Shown: one piece after another, positions 19,144 through 29,239 of the stretch | Position numbering within the stretch: the stretch's first letter is position 1 | How the letters are laid out: each line of letters begins with the position of its first letter | Assembly: GCA_021463645.1 (NCBI GenBank) | Contig: JAJTYI010000006.1 | Coordinates: 181,692 to 245,691, forward strand | Direction of reading: 5' to 3' | Length of the DNA stretch: 64,000 bases | DNA from: a bacterium | GTDB taxonomy: Bacteria; Patescibacteriota; Dojkabacteria; B142; OLB20 | Position numbers and translations under genes: made by a program | The notes under the pieces: generated by a model | Databases searched by the model: none | The model's input: only the letters and a program-made list of their open reading frames with translations | Told to the model about the DNA's origin: nothing

Positions 19144-21630
19144 ATGTTTGTATCCACGCCTACCTATTCGAAAAATTATATATTAAATATCTCTCAAGTA
19201 AGTGAGTATGAATTGCCCTACGCGGGCGAAAAAGCACTAAATCTCTCTAACCTAAGTAGAATCGGTGCACCAATCCCTTCGGGTTTTGTTATTGCCAGTA
19301 AAACTTTCGATGATTTACTTTTTGCAAATAACCTAATAACAAAAATTAATGAGGTAAACAAACATATTTATCAACATACTTTGAGCACCAAGAGAGCAGA
19401 ACCTATGATTAAAAGAATGATGCTTGGAGCGAAATTTCCAAGACTGATGCAGGAAAGCCTATTACGTGCCTACAACCTATTAACTAATGGCAGTAGGATA
19501 CCCATTAGAATGGAGGTCTCTTCTATAAATCCTGAATTGAAGGAGTCCATAAAAGATAATCCTGAAAATATCATATTGTCAGATAGTTTTGAAGAATTTT
19601 TGGAGAAATTGAAGATTACATGGATGGAGCTATTTACTCAGGAATCTTTGGATTTTAGATTAAACTCAAAATACAAAGGTGTTCTATCGATGGCGGTATT
19701 AGCTACTAAATTTATACAACCTGAGATTTCAGGACGTTCCTATACGATGTCTATTGATAATGCTAATCCAGATTTTGTGGAAAGTAGGGTGGTCTATGGC
19801 CTATCTCCGGAAGCATTTTTCCATCACAAATTCCCTGATAGGTATTTAGTTGATAGAAAATCCGAACAAATAGTATTAAGAAATCTAATGAAACAAGATT
19901 GGATGTACGTTAGAAGAAATGGGAAGATCGTAAGAGTACAAATAGAATCCGATAGACAAAACAAACCAAAACTTGGGGATGTAGAGATATTGAAGCTTGC
20001 CAGAACTGTAGATAAGCTCAAAGAGAGCTTCAAAAATGAATTGAAAATTGATTGGATGTACAATTCGGGGAAAGTCCTCTTTACTGATATGTCGCGATTG
20101 AGGGAGGATGACGTGGTTGAAGCTAGAAAGCTTCTGATTGGTAAGAATTCTGCAGAAACTGTGAAGCAAACGATTCCGATGTCTCTCGAAAGATTTGATT
20201 TACATCCAATTGATCAGCTTACTAAGCTAACGCAAGGCGAGGGAAACGATAGGGGATTGGTTTATGGGAGGGTAAAACTAATCAGAAATAGCGAAGATCT
20301 TGAAAATGCGAAAGCAGTAAATATTCTGGTGATGAACAAATTTCCAAAGAGATTTGACTTGAGCAATATTCAATACAGAGGTCTGGTTTTCCAGGATAAA
20401 ATTAAACATGATGTTTCGCATATTCCAACGTTGTTTGCTGCAAAAGACGTCACCGAATTAGTTCTGGACAATGAAGTTGTTACGATAGACACGGACTCTG
20501 GAATCATGTATTTAGGTGCAGGCTTTCGTCCAGTAGTGAAAAAGGAAAGCGCGATTATTAAAGATTCGATTAGACCAAATACCGTAAATACAAAACAGAT
20601 AAATGTTACCATGCAAAGCCCAGTAACTCATGGATTGTTCAAAACTAACCTACTTGGTAATACGACTGCAGAGTCTTGGCTTCCAGAGGAAAGGCAGGTA
20701 AATAACCCCAATAATGATGTTCAAAATCCAATTCAACAACCAAATATTACAAATATTAACATGACGGAGGAGTGGTTCCTCAAGCCACCCGTATTTGTCG
20801 ACGAGGATATTGCCGAGTCGGGTTGTGAGTATCTTCAGATTGTGAATGTTGAAAATCCAAAAATTTTAAATAATGCAAATGGAGTCTATTTTAGGATGAG
20901 TTCTATATTGAGATCTCTAGACATAGATAAGTATGAGCTTGTCAGAAATCTACATATGAAAAGAAAATTTATCGATTTTCTAGAGGGATACTTCACTCAA
21001 TATTCAAATACTGGAAAGGTAGTTATCTTGTTAGATGTAGTCGAGAATTCAAAACAACTTCTTGCGGAGACTGAGGTGCTTGAATTTCAATTGGAATTAA
21101 TAAAAAGCCTTAAATATAAAACAGAGTTAAAGAATGTTTCAATAAATTTCCCAGATGTGCGTTTAAGTGACGAATTGACAGTATTGAAAAAGAACGCAAT
21201 ATCCTCGGGTATTCGCAGGTCGTCCACGTTTAAGATGTTCGTTGAAGTAGCCTCTCCATTGGCAGGAATCTCTGTAAACAAGATTGCAGATGAAGGTGTA
21301 GACTCCATAGTAATAGATTTAGAAAAATTAAATACAAATTTGGGATGTGAAAATTCGCGAAAACTATCAGAGGAGGTTCTTGATTTTGTAGTAGAGATTA
21401 TTAAGAAAGTTAAGAAGACAACTGTTCCTACTTATATTTCTGCGGACAACATTTCTCTGACTGACGATGATATAGAGACATTTATTGATTCAGGAGTAGT
21501 AAACTTCATTTTCCCGGAAGCTAAAATCACTCAATTGAGTCCAATACTCGAGAATATTGAAATAAAATCTTTAAAATCTAATAAGATCAAGAGGGGCAGG
21601 AAGAAGAAAGACATCAATTATGGTTTTTGA
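19144..21630 (+). CDS. Divergent PEP-utilising enzyme (PpsA/PPDK-like)
   Basis: N-terminal PPDK_N-like YAGEKALNLSNLSRIGAPIPSGFVI. Swivel-domain-like GLVFQDKIKHDVSHIPTLFAAKDV...VTIDTDSGIMY. The C-terminal TIM-barrel-like region (MFVEVASPLAG, DSIVIDLEKLNTNLG) is strongly degenerate. Confidence 0.6.
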   Translation: MFVSTPTYSKNYILNISQVSEYELPYAGEKALNLSNLSRIGAPIPSGFVIASKTFDDLLFANNLITKINEVNKHIYQHTLSTKRAEPMIKRMMLGAKFPRLMQESLLRAYNLLTNGSRIPIRMEVSSINPELKESIKDNPENIILSDSFEEFLEKLKITWMELFTQESLDFRLNSKYKGVLSMAVLATKFIQPEISGRSYTMSIDNANPDFVESRVVYGLSPEAFFHHKFPDRYLVDRKSEQIVLRNLMKQDWMYVRRNGKIVRVQIESDRQNKPKLGDVEILKLARTVDKLKESFKNELKIDWMYNSGKVLFTDMSRLREDDVVEARKLLIGKNSAETVKQTIPMSLERFDLHPIDQLTKLTQGEGNDRGLVYGRVKLIRNSEDLENAKAVNILVMNKFPKRFDLSNIQYRGLVFQDKIKHDVSHIPTLFAAKDVTELVLDNEVVTIDTDSGIMYLGAGFRPVVKKESAIIKDSIRPNTVNTKQINVTMQSPVTHGLFKTNLLGNTTAESWLPEERQVNNPNNDVQNPIQQPNITNINMTEEWFLKPPVFVDEDIAESGCEYLQIVNVENPKILNNANGVYFRMSSILRSLDIDKYELVRNLHMKRKFIDFLEGYFTQYSNTGKVVILLDVVENSKQLLAETEVLEFQLELIKSLKYKTELKNVSINFPDVRLSDELTVLKKNAISSGIRRSSTFKMFVEVASPLAGISVNKIADEGVDSIVIDLEKLNTNLGCENSRKLSEEVLDFVVEIIKKVKKTTVPTYISADNISLTDDDIETFIDSGVVNFIFPEAKITQLSPILENIEIKSLKSNKIKRGRKKKDINYGF

Positions 21631-21635
21631 GGTAG

Positions 21636-22499
21636 TTAAATTGGAGCTTGGATGTTATTTTTCTCACCAAATCCAAAGAAATATCCTTTCTCAAGCGAGA
21701 CTTTCTCAATATCTATTGTATAGTCAACGACTTCAAGGCGATTATTAACTGTTATCGTGGCTTTCTTTGTAACTTGTTGGCTAAGTTCATTAATGGTTTT
21801 ACTACTAGTTACAATCTGTTTGTAGTCAGTACCTCTAGTCGATTCTTGAATAGATTTCTCTTGTTGAGATTTTACTTCATCTACCACCCTAATCAGTTTT
21901 GATTGGCCAAATCTTGGTTTACTATCTAGGTTCCAGTTCCCAGAAGAATTCAAAACATAAAGGTTGTCGGCAATATGGATTGTAGTAGCAGGAGGTTTAG
22001 AAATGAATGAGTTTTCGCATATTTCTGCATAATAACTATTATATTCCTTGTCAGGGTTATCGCTTTCTAGATAATTTCCATAGCAATTACGGTCTTTGTA
22101 GGAAGTAAAAACTGAATTAGATTTAAAATTGTTCTTTTCAAGAGCTACAGTTCTTGCAGTATCTATCATTTCGTCTACATCACAATTTCGGAAACATTCT
22201 AATCGTGCATTATCTGTTTCTTCTGGAGACTGAGTTGGTTTCAGGGATGGCTTAATGGTCGCTATCGGAGTAGTATTCGCACTCCTTGTCGGAATCACGA
22301 CTGGAGTTACGGGTTTATCATTTCCGGCTGATGCTAGAGCAACAATGAGTAGTAAAACATTTAACACGATGCTTATTACAAGCATTATCGCTAAATTTCG
22401 TGGCTTCAGGATAGTAGTTTTTAAGCTGGGCAATTCTGTTCCAGAATGATTTTCGTCAGTAGCAATATTGTTTAGTTCAATTTTTGAGGAAATTGACAT
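21636..22499 (-). CDS. Hypothetical single-pass membrane protein
   Basis: 287-aa ORF with TM LAIMLVISIVLNVLLLIVALASAG and a PT-rich stalk. No recognisable domain. Confidence 0.6.
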   Translation of the reverse strand: MSISSKIELNNIATDENHSGTELPSLKTTILKPRNLAIMLVISIVLNVLLLIVALASAGNDKPVTPVVIPTRSANTTPIATIKPSLKPTQSPEETDNARLECFRNCDVDEMIDTARTVALEKNNFKSNSVFTSYKDRNCYGNYLESDNPDKEYNSYYAEICENSFISKPPATTIHIADNLYVLNSSGNWNLDSKPRFGQSKLIRVVDEVKSQQEKSIQESTRGTDYKQIVTSSKTINELSQQVTKKATITVNNRLEVVDYTIDIEKVSLEKGYFFGFGEKNNIQAPI

Positions 22500-22515
22500 T
22501 TTTCTAATACTGGAT

Positions 22516-23154
22516 TTATAAAAGTTCTCGTCTTTTATCTAGTAAGAAAATTTTAATTGCAACAGCTAAGCTCACTATTCCGGAGATAAGAATGGCACCA
22601 CCTAGTATGCCTCTGCTTGGCATATAATCTGATAGTGCTGTATTTGGAAGAACTGTAACATTACTACTTGTTCCGAAAACATATGATCCTAATACGCCAC
22701 TCTTGGGTTCTGTGAGGACACTTCCGGTTACATAACCATTTTCTTCACCACCTTCTATTGTGAATGTACCACCTGATGAGCTCAGGCTTGCAACAGTGAT
22801 TGAGCCTAGTGCTGTTCCGTTTGTGATGGGGCTGCTTGTACTTGCAAGGTCTACACATACTTCGTATTTAGTAGTGCTTATAGATCTTGAGGTAGATCCG
22901 TTTGAGTCACAGACTCCTATTGACAGTAGATTCCCACCTGATCCGCTAAAACTAACTACTTTTGCATTATTAACGATAAGTCGAATTTGTATAGTAGTTG
23001 TTGGTGTGTTTGAGTTTGAAGTGATATTTATTGTTTTGTTCCCTGAGACTGGAAATGTTCCGCTACCAGGGGACAGAGTCAATGCTGACAAACTTACAGG
23101 GTTCAGAACCAAAGCTGAAAGTGTCAATATTATGGTGATTAATAATTTTTTCAT
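22516..23154 (-). CDS. Secreted, C-terminally membrane-anchored cohesin-like protein (paralog 3)
   Basis: Signal peptide, TIQIRLIVNNAKVVSFSGSGGNLLSIGVCDSNGS...VCVDLAS, and a C-terminal TM GGAILISGIVSLAVAIKIFLL. Confidence 0.6.
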   Translation of the reverse strand: MKKLLITIILTLSALVLNPVSLSALTLSPGSGTFPVSGNKTINITSNSNTPTTTIQIRLIVNNAKVVSFSGSGGNLLSIGVCDSNGSTSRSISTTKYEVCVDLASTSSPITNGTALGSITVASLSSSGGTFTIEGGEENGYVTGSVLTEPKSGVLGSYVFGTSSNVTVLPNTALSDYMPSRGILGGAILISGIVSLAVAIKIFLLDKRRELL

Positions 23155-23218
23155 GGCAGAAATTTTATGGATAATATATATAGAATAAGTAATTCCTGAA
23201 AATTTGTAAAGGAATACT

Positions 23219-23437
23219 TTAAGAAAAAAAGGGGATTGAGTTGAGTATATTTATTAGTAATGTTGAAATCCTAGATATTATCAAAACAAACTCGTATTGT
23301 ACAATAAATATTGTGATTAAAGTTACATAAACTAGTAGTAGAACAGTCGTGAAAATAAATTTAAAAACTGAACTTATCAATCCAAAAATTGAGACAGAGT
23401 TCAGTAAGATTTTAATATTTTCTAATAGGTTATGCAT
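23219..23437 (-). CDS. Possible small two-TM membrane protein
   Basis: 72-aa hydrophobic ORF in an otherwise empty 370-bp gap, with no other support. Confidence 0.3.
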   Translation of the reverse strand: MHNLLENIKILLNSVSIFGLISSVFKFIFTTVLLLVYVTLITIFIVQYEFVLIISRISTLLINILNSIPFFS

Positions 23438-23526
23438 ATTGTCTCTATTATGAATAATATTTCTAAGCTTATCAAGTAAGATTGTCCAGTGTATAATAAA
23501 AAATACCTAAAATCTCATAAATTGAT

Positions 23527-24174
23527 ATGCCTTTTATAAAACATCAAATCTTTGGAAAATTGATCTTCACCAAAACGTTCTGGTTGCTAACGTTCTCGGA
23601 CTTATTTACCTGGGGATTTTATTTGATTATTGCAACATTGTCAGGAATATATCTAGAACACAAGCTGGGTGAGGATGTAATCAAAATTGTCGGAATTGGT
23701 GGTGCGATTTACTATGTGATTAGAGGAGTACTACAAATACCTATAAGTAAGGTTCTTGATCGAATCAAAAATGATAAAGATGAGATTTTTGTTCTAACCT
23801 TTGGCTGTGTTTTGATGGGCTTACCATTCCTCTTCTATCCCACATTAACTTCTGCCAATCAATACTATGTCCTTCAAATAATATTTAGTCTTGGAGTTGC
23901 TATGAACTTGAATCCCTGGAGGAAATTGTTTGCTACCAATCTCGAAGCAGGTAGAGAAGCGAGAGAGTATGCTGTATATGACATGGTGAACAGTTTGTTT
24001 ATTGCACTGTCCATATTCTTCGTAGGTCAAATTGCAAATATCAATCAATTTTATTTTGATGTAGTAATGGTAAGTCTGGGACTGCTTGTGATGACTGGTG
24101 GACTTTGGGCTGCACTAATTACTACAGATACAACAAGAAAAAGTGCAAATGATCACGAAAAAAAGAAACCCTAA
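23527..24174 (+). CDS. Six-TM membrane protein (MFS-half-like)
   Basis: 215-aa hydrophobic ORF. An extended -10-like TGTATAAT lies about 30 nt upstream. Confidence 0.6.
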   Translation: MPFIKHQIFGKLIFTKTFWLLTFSDLFTWGFYLIIATLSGIYLEHKLGEDVIKIVGIGGAIYYVIRGVLQIPISKVLDRIKNDKDEIFVLTFGCVLMGLPFLFYPTLTSANQYYVLQIIFSLGVAMNLNPWRKLFATNLEAGREAREYAVYDMVNSLFIALSIFFVGQIANINQFYFDVVMVSLGLLVMTGGLWAALITTDTTRKSANDHEKKKP

Positions 24175-25166
24175 CCCCCATAAACATTAATGATTATTCC
24201 TGCTGGGATCTGTCTGTATGCAGCTTGTGGATGTTGACCTACACCATCAGCCATTTGAACTAAGTTATTTCCAACTCTATAAATCCCTCGCACAAAATGT
24301 GATTTGTACTCGTCCGATAACGCATAGGGGACTAATAAACCATGTTTAGTATGCCCTCCGTGCGTATGCCCACATAAAAACCTAACATTTTTAACAAATT
24401 CGCCAAGTCTAGCAATATCTACAATACTCGCATTATGAGTTGCAACAATTTGTGGTCCATCGTATAAACATAGGGCTGTAGCGATTTCCTGTATTTGTGT
24501 TGGTGAATAATAATCACTGAATTGGGTAAAATCCGGCAAACCAAGAATGGGGATTGGGAAATCTCCATTGTAAAATTCACTATTTATATCTAAAAGTTGA
24601 ATTCCTGAATGCGTTAAATATTTCATTAATTCTATTCTTTGCGCATGCTTATGATCATGGTTCCCAAGAACGCCGACACGATGTTTTGCTTTCAAATCTT
24701 GCAGGATTTCTAACATAAGTGGGACATCTTTTATATCCGTTTCTCCATTGTTGGGTGCTTGAATGTGGAATCTGGGTTTCTCTTCTTTTGACAACCAATC
24801 ACCCGTCATAATAAAAGCAGTCGTATCTGGGGTTGCTCCTAATTGGTGTGTGGTCTGATTAATTTTTCCAATAATAGTATCTAATACCTGAGCATTTACA
24901 TATGCTTCTGCTCCTCCAAAATGAAGGTCAGTTAAATGAATCACAAAGGCACGCTGAGTCATACCTGGAACTTTATGGTATATTACGTCAATAATTGGAT
25001 TAGAGGGGTCGTACTCAGAAAATCCTTTAATTTCTCTACCAACAAAAAAAGTGGCGAATCCTGCAAGTGATAATCCAAAGACTTTTATTGCCTCTCGTCG
25101 AGATATTCCTATTTTTTTATCTTCCTTATCCACAATTGATTTATTGATTATACGAACGAGGGACAA
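24171..25166 (-). CDS. Metallophosphoesterase with a Tat-like signal
   Basis: DLHFG, GDW, GNHD and GHTHGG motifs. N-terminal ISRREAIKVFGLSLAGFATFF resembles a twin-arginine signal. TTG start. Confidence 0.8.
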   Translation of the reverse strand: MSLVRIINKSIVDKEDKKIGISRREAIKVFGLSLAGFATFFVGREIKGFSEYDPSNPIIDVIYHKVPGMTQRAFVIHLTDLHFGGAEAYVNAQVLDTIIGKINQTTHQLGATPDTTAFIMTGDWLSKEEKPRFHIQAPNNGETDIKDVPLMLEILQDLKAKHRVGVLGNHDHKHAQRIELMKYLTHSGIQLLDINSEFYNGDFPIPILGLPDFTQFSDYYSPTQIQEIATALCLYDGPQIVATHNASIVDIARLGEFVKNVRFLCGHTHGGHTKHGLLVPYALSDEYKSHFVRGIYRVGNNLVQMADGVGQHPQAAYRQIPAGIIINVYGG

Positions 25167-26106
25167 ATCCTATTGAATATATATCAGGCCTGACTCTCCT
25201 CGGTGGATGAAGTGGATGAGCACCTAAGCCGGATGAGTTAATAACTGTTTTGTTTCCTCTGAGACTTAAAGACGATTTTACAAATTCGACATTCTTAATT
25301 TTCGCGCCAAACAATGCGATTCGACCTAATTTATTAGCGATCCAGTTGTAGTCCATATCATAACCTGATAAGTGAGAATGTCCTGTTAATATTAATGACT
25401 GAATATCAGGCGGAATCATTTGTGAAAGATGAACAATCGAGTCAGGATGATGGGCAACAAAAACAAGCTGCTTAGCGTCCTGAGGAATCAAACTTCTCAT
25501 GAATGGTAATGATAACTTGTGCCAGGTTTGATATTGGGGCTGAGTGTAGTCTGGGATTCCTATTATTGGTATCTCCCCAATATATGATGTTTCAAACGGT
25601 GTCAGAAATTTCACACCTAGATTCTGTAGTCTTGGTTTATATTGTGAATTCCAATAAGGATGTTCGAGGTCGTGATTCCCTTCTACGGATATGATTGGAA
25701 TACCTAGATTCGATATTCTACTAAGTAATTCTAATAATTTTGGAAATATTGGGACTGAACTTCCGAAGTCCACAGGTGTAAATATTTTATTTATATAATC
25801 ACCACCTATAAGAAGCCCGGAGTTCTGAACACCTGTTAATTCTTGAACAATTTTTCCAAAAATAAATTCTAGGGCTTCTGGTCCTGAATATTTACCATTC
25901 CTTATATGGAGGTCAGACATAAATACCATTTTGTGTGGCTCCGATACGTCGGTAATTAAATCATGTCTTCTAATTTCTAGTTGTTGATAATCATATTCTG
26001 GGCTGCTCAGTACTGAGGCTAGTAGAAATAATGGTCTGAGAAACAGCTTTGCGGCATCATTTTTATCTATGAATGGGATTCCCTGTTCTTCCATTTTCAA
26101 TACCAA
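25141..26106 (-). CDS. Metallophosphoesterase (paralog)
   Basis: SDLHIRNG, GGDY, EGNHD and GHSHLSG motifs. Overlaps the downstream paralog by 26 nt. Confidence 0.8.
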   Translation of the reverse strand: MVLKMEEQGIPFIDKNDAAKLFLRPLFLLASVLSSPEYDYQQLEIRRHDLITDVSEPHKMVFMSDLHIRNGKYSGPEALEFIFGKIVQELTGVQNSGLLIGGDYINKIFTPVDFGSSVPIFPKLLELLSRISNLGIPIISVEGNHDLEHPYWNSQYKPRLQNLGVKFLTPFETSYIGEIPIIGIPDYTQPQYQTWHKLSLPFMRSLIPQDAKQLVFVAHHPDSIVHLSQMIPPDIQSLILTGHSHLSGYDMDYNWIANKLGRIALFGAKIKNVEFVKSSLSLRGNKTVINSSGLGAHPLHPPRRVRPDIYSIGFVPRSYNQ

Positions 26107-26163
26107 TATTTAGTAAGCAAATCCGACTTTATCAAAATTGACTATTGATAGTAAAGAGAAAAA

Positions 26164-26724
26164 TTAATTTAGGAAGAGGGTTTTGAGTTTAATAAATTTT
26201 TCGGGGTCACTTTTGGCTTGCATTACTTCAAACTTACACTCCACGTCCCTAAAAGTATCTTCCATAACATATGTGTTAATAAAGTCATCAAAAGAAACGT
26301 ACATGAGTTCAATTTTTTCACCAACCTCTAATTTTTGATCACTAACTTTTTTTACACCTTTGGCAATGTAGACATAAATATCCCATTGTATTTTCTCGAA
26401 GGGGGATTCTTTGTACCATAGGGTAAAGTCTTCGGCAGTATATCCTGATTCTTCAAGTAGTTCTCGTTTAATTGCCTCAAGTGGTGTCTCTCCTGGGTCA
26501 ACTCTTCCTCCTATGAGACCGACTTTTGGTTTACCTCCTGGTTGTTGCTCTCGTGAGATAATCAGATTCCCATTTTCGTCAACAGGTATGACTTCTACAG
26601 TATCAGGTCTATCGATCATCTCAAAAGTCTTGAAACTACCATCGAACATTTCTTGTTCCCATTGGTAAACATCAAAAACCTTTCCAGAGAACACTTTCTT
26701 TGCTACCTTCGGTATTTTCCCCAT
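26164..26724 (-). CDS. NUDIX hydrolase
   Basis: Nudix box GGRVDPGETPLEAIKRELLEESG. Confidence 0.85.
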   Translation of the reverse strand: MGKIPKVAKKVFSGKVFDVYQWEQEMFDGSFKTFEMIDRPDTVEVIPVDENGNLIISREQQPGGKPKVGLIGGRVDPGETPLEAIKRELLEESGYTAEDFTLWYKESPFEKIQWDIYVYIAKGVKKVSDQKLEVGEKIELMYVSFDDFINTYVMEDTFRDVECKFEVMQAKSDPEKFIKLKTLFLN

Positions 26725-27710
26725 TATAGATATGTGTAAAATTCATTTAATATCTCATCCTCAATTTCGATTTCATCATCAGCAAGGTTTTCGTCTCTCT
26801 GTGCCAATGTATGCATACCTGGTAAGCGAACTTTCTCGCCATCTTTCGTTTTTGCATTCTCGACACGGTAGATGAATTCGTCCATTCTGGATTTGAATTC
26901 GGTAGTGGACATAAACAGTTCTGGCGATATTGCTATAAACATATTTCCCCAATCTTTCTCTTGATGTTGATCAATAAAGCTTGAACCTGCTAATACACCA
27001 GCCAAAATCTCAACTATCATAGCTAAGCCGGAACCTTTATAAGAATTGTCAAAACTATGCACAGAACCCTCAAGTGCGTCGTCTGGGTTTGTCGTTGGGT
27101 TACCAGATTTATCCAAGGCGATGTTTTCAGGGAGTTTATCACCTGTTGTTGATGCGATTAAAACATCGCCGTAAGTGATCGCAGATGTAGCCATGTCAAA
27201 TAATAGCGGTTTGCCGTTGGTTGGGAATCCATAACCCATTGGGTTCGTCCCAAATAATGCTTCTTTACTGTTGAAGGGAGCAATAAATGGAGCGGACTGT
27301 GACATAACTATCCCAATAAAATTATTACGAGCGATTTGTTCGAGATAATAAGTTAAACAACCAGATGTAGATAGTGTTCCCACTGAACTGACAAGACCAA
27401 TCTTGTTCTTTTTTGCTAACTCAATGGCTTTATTCATTGCTATGTGTCCAATCAAGATTCCTGGTTGGTGATGAGCGATTATCTGCGCGGAATTTTGTGT
27501 CTTATCAATTATCTCATAGGGCTCATCCCCAGTGTTCTTTAGTAGGTTCAAGTCGCCCTTAAATAATCTAACGATTCCATGGCTGAGCTTCCCAGACATC
27601 TGGCCAAACATTACAACGTTGGTAATCATGTTAGCTTCGTCGATGCTGTAACCTGCCTTAATTAGGGCCTGAAGAACTTGAGATTTTAATTCGGATACTT
27701 TTACTTTCAT
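26724..27710 (-). CDS. Ldh_2 family malate/L-lactate/sulfolactate-type dehydrogenase
   Basis: SHGIVRL, GTNPMGYGFP, 328 aa, with the overall Ldh_2 layout. Confidence 0.7.
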   Translation of the reverse strand: MKVKVSELKSQVLQALIKAGYSIDEANMITNVVMFGQMSGKLSHGIVRLFKGDLNLLKNTGDEPYEIIDKTQNSAQIIAHHQPGILIGHIAMNKAIELAKKNKIGLVSSVGTLSTSGCLTYYLEQIARNNFIGIVMSQSAPFIAPFNSKEALFGTNPMGYGFPTNGKPLLFDMATSAITYGDVLIASTTGDKLPENIALDKSGNPTTNPDDALEGSVHSFDNSYKGSGLAMIVEILAGVLAGSSFIDQHQEKDWGNMFIAISPELFMSTTEFKSRMDEFIYRVENAKTKDGEKVRLPGMHTLAQRDENLADDEIEIEDEILNEFYTYL

Positions 27711-27715
27711 AATTT

Positions 27716-28630
27716 TTAAGTTATTAAACTAATCCAAAATATACTCACAACAAAGAATAACATACTGTTTAGTAGTATCGAAGCGATCGTTATATCCTTG
27801 TTTGTGTCGTAATTATCAGCAATTACTAAATTGAAGAATGCAGAAGGCATGCAAGCAATCACAACAGAAGCCTGAGCCGCAATTTCAGGAAGTGGAAATA
27901 TGTAATAGACAACGAGATATGTTGCCAAAGGTAATAGAATTAATTTATTAAATGCGACGACTAAGGGAAGTCGTATATTGCCGAGTATAGCTTTGTAAGA
28001 AAAACTCATTCCAAACGAAATGAAAATAAGTGGAGCAATAATTTCCCCAAATGACTGAGTGATATCCAATACTATATCTGGTAATGCAACATTAATTAGC
28101 ATAAAAATTAACCCTATTAGACTAGCGATTAAAAGAGGAGTTTTTATGAACTTTAAAATCTGCTTTCTTGCATCAAAGTTTTTGCCAGTCAGTTTACTAG
28201 TTAAGAACATTCCTAAAAAATCAACCGTGGTAATGAAAGAAGCGTAGATTACTCCGTAAGGTATATACTCACTTCCTAAGACTGTTGTTAGAACTGGGAA
28301 TCCAAAATAAATGGAATTTCCTACAAATGATGGAGTAATAGTACTTGCGATATCTTTTTTACTAATTCTTGTTTTGTTAACGATTGTGTAATAAACAAGA
28401 TAAAGTATTGCTATTATTGCAATGTTTACGAAAATATAGGGAATGAAAATTCTTACGTCTTCACGATTAAAATCAGAAAATGAACCCAGAAAAAATATTG
28501 GTAGAGCAACATAAAAAAGGAATTTATTAATTTCCTTAGGGAATTCTTTGGGCAGGATTTTTGTTTGACCCACAACGAAACCTATAATCGCGATAATGAT
28601 GAGGGGAAAAAGTGATTCTAAAACTGCCAT
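27716..28630 (-). CDS. AEC (auxin efflux carrier) family transporter
   Basis: About 10 TM and 304 aa, with an N-terminus typical of the Mem_trans family. Confidence 0.65.
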   Translation of the reverse strand: MAVLESLFPLIIIAIIGFVVGQTKILPKEFPKEINKFLFYVALPIFFLGSFSDFNREDVRIFIPYIFVNIAIIAILYLVYYTIVNKTRISKKDIASTITPSFVGNSIYFGFPVLTTVLGSEYIPYGVIYASFITTVDFLGMFLTSKLTGKNFDARKQILKFIKTPLLIASLIGLIFMLINVALPDIVLDITQSFGEIIAPLIFISFGMSFSYKAILGNIRLPLVVAFNKLILLPLATYLVVYYIFPLPEIAAQASVVIACMPSAFFNLVIADNYDTNKDITIASILLNSMLFFVVSIFWISLIT

Positions 28631-28632
28631 GA

Positions 28633-29235
28633 TTAATCTTTTGAATTATTAATAAATTTACTAGCCTGCATATACATTAAAATATCATCAATGTATTTTT
28701 CTCTATATAGTATTCCTCCTGGAATTCTACCAACTTCTTCGAATCCAAGCTTTTCATAGAGATGTATTGCCTGTTCATTCTCTCCAAATACATTCAAGCG
28801 GACGATTTTTATACCCGGAACATTTTTAAGACCTTCTTTGATTACAATCCTTGCCATCATAAAGCCGATACCAGCATTACGATATTCGCTCTTTACACTA
28901 ATTCCAAATTCAGCAACGTGATTATCTCGCTTTCCGTTATATTTCCTTCTGTTAAATCCTGAGACAGCGACAAGTTCTTTGTCAACGAAACACAATAAAG
29001 TTACGCCATTTTGGGATTCCATTTCTTTGAAAACTCTGGTCAGAAATTCCTTTTCTTCTTCAAGGGTTATCTCTTGATTAAAAACGGTTATATACGTATC
29101 TTCTTTTGATAATTCGTTAATATATTCGGTGAGAGCAGTCAAATCATCCCACTTGGGATAGCGAATTAATGCCTTCTTTCCGGTTTTAGTTTTAAATTCG
29201 TGTGTTTGTTCGTCCAAGATTAATGTAGAAGTCAT
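28633..29235 (-). CDS. GNAT family N-acetyltransferase
   Basis: YRNAGIGFMMARIV acetyl-CoA loop and NEQAIHLYEKLGFEE. Confidence 0.8.
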   Translation of the reverse strand: MTSTLILDEQTHEFKTKTGKKALIRYPKWDDLTALTEYINELSKEDTYITVFNQEITLEEEKEFLTRVFKEMESQNGVTLLCFVDKELVAVSGFNRRKYNGKRDNHVAEFGISVKSEYRNAGIGFMMARIVIKEGLKNVPGIKIVRLNVFGENEQAIHLYEKLGFEEVGRIPGGILYREKYIDDILMYMQASKFINNSKD

Positions 29236-29239
29236 TTTA

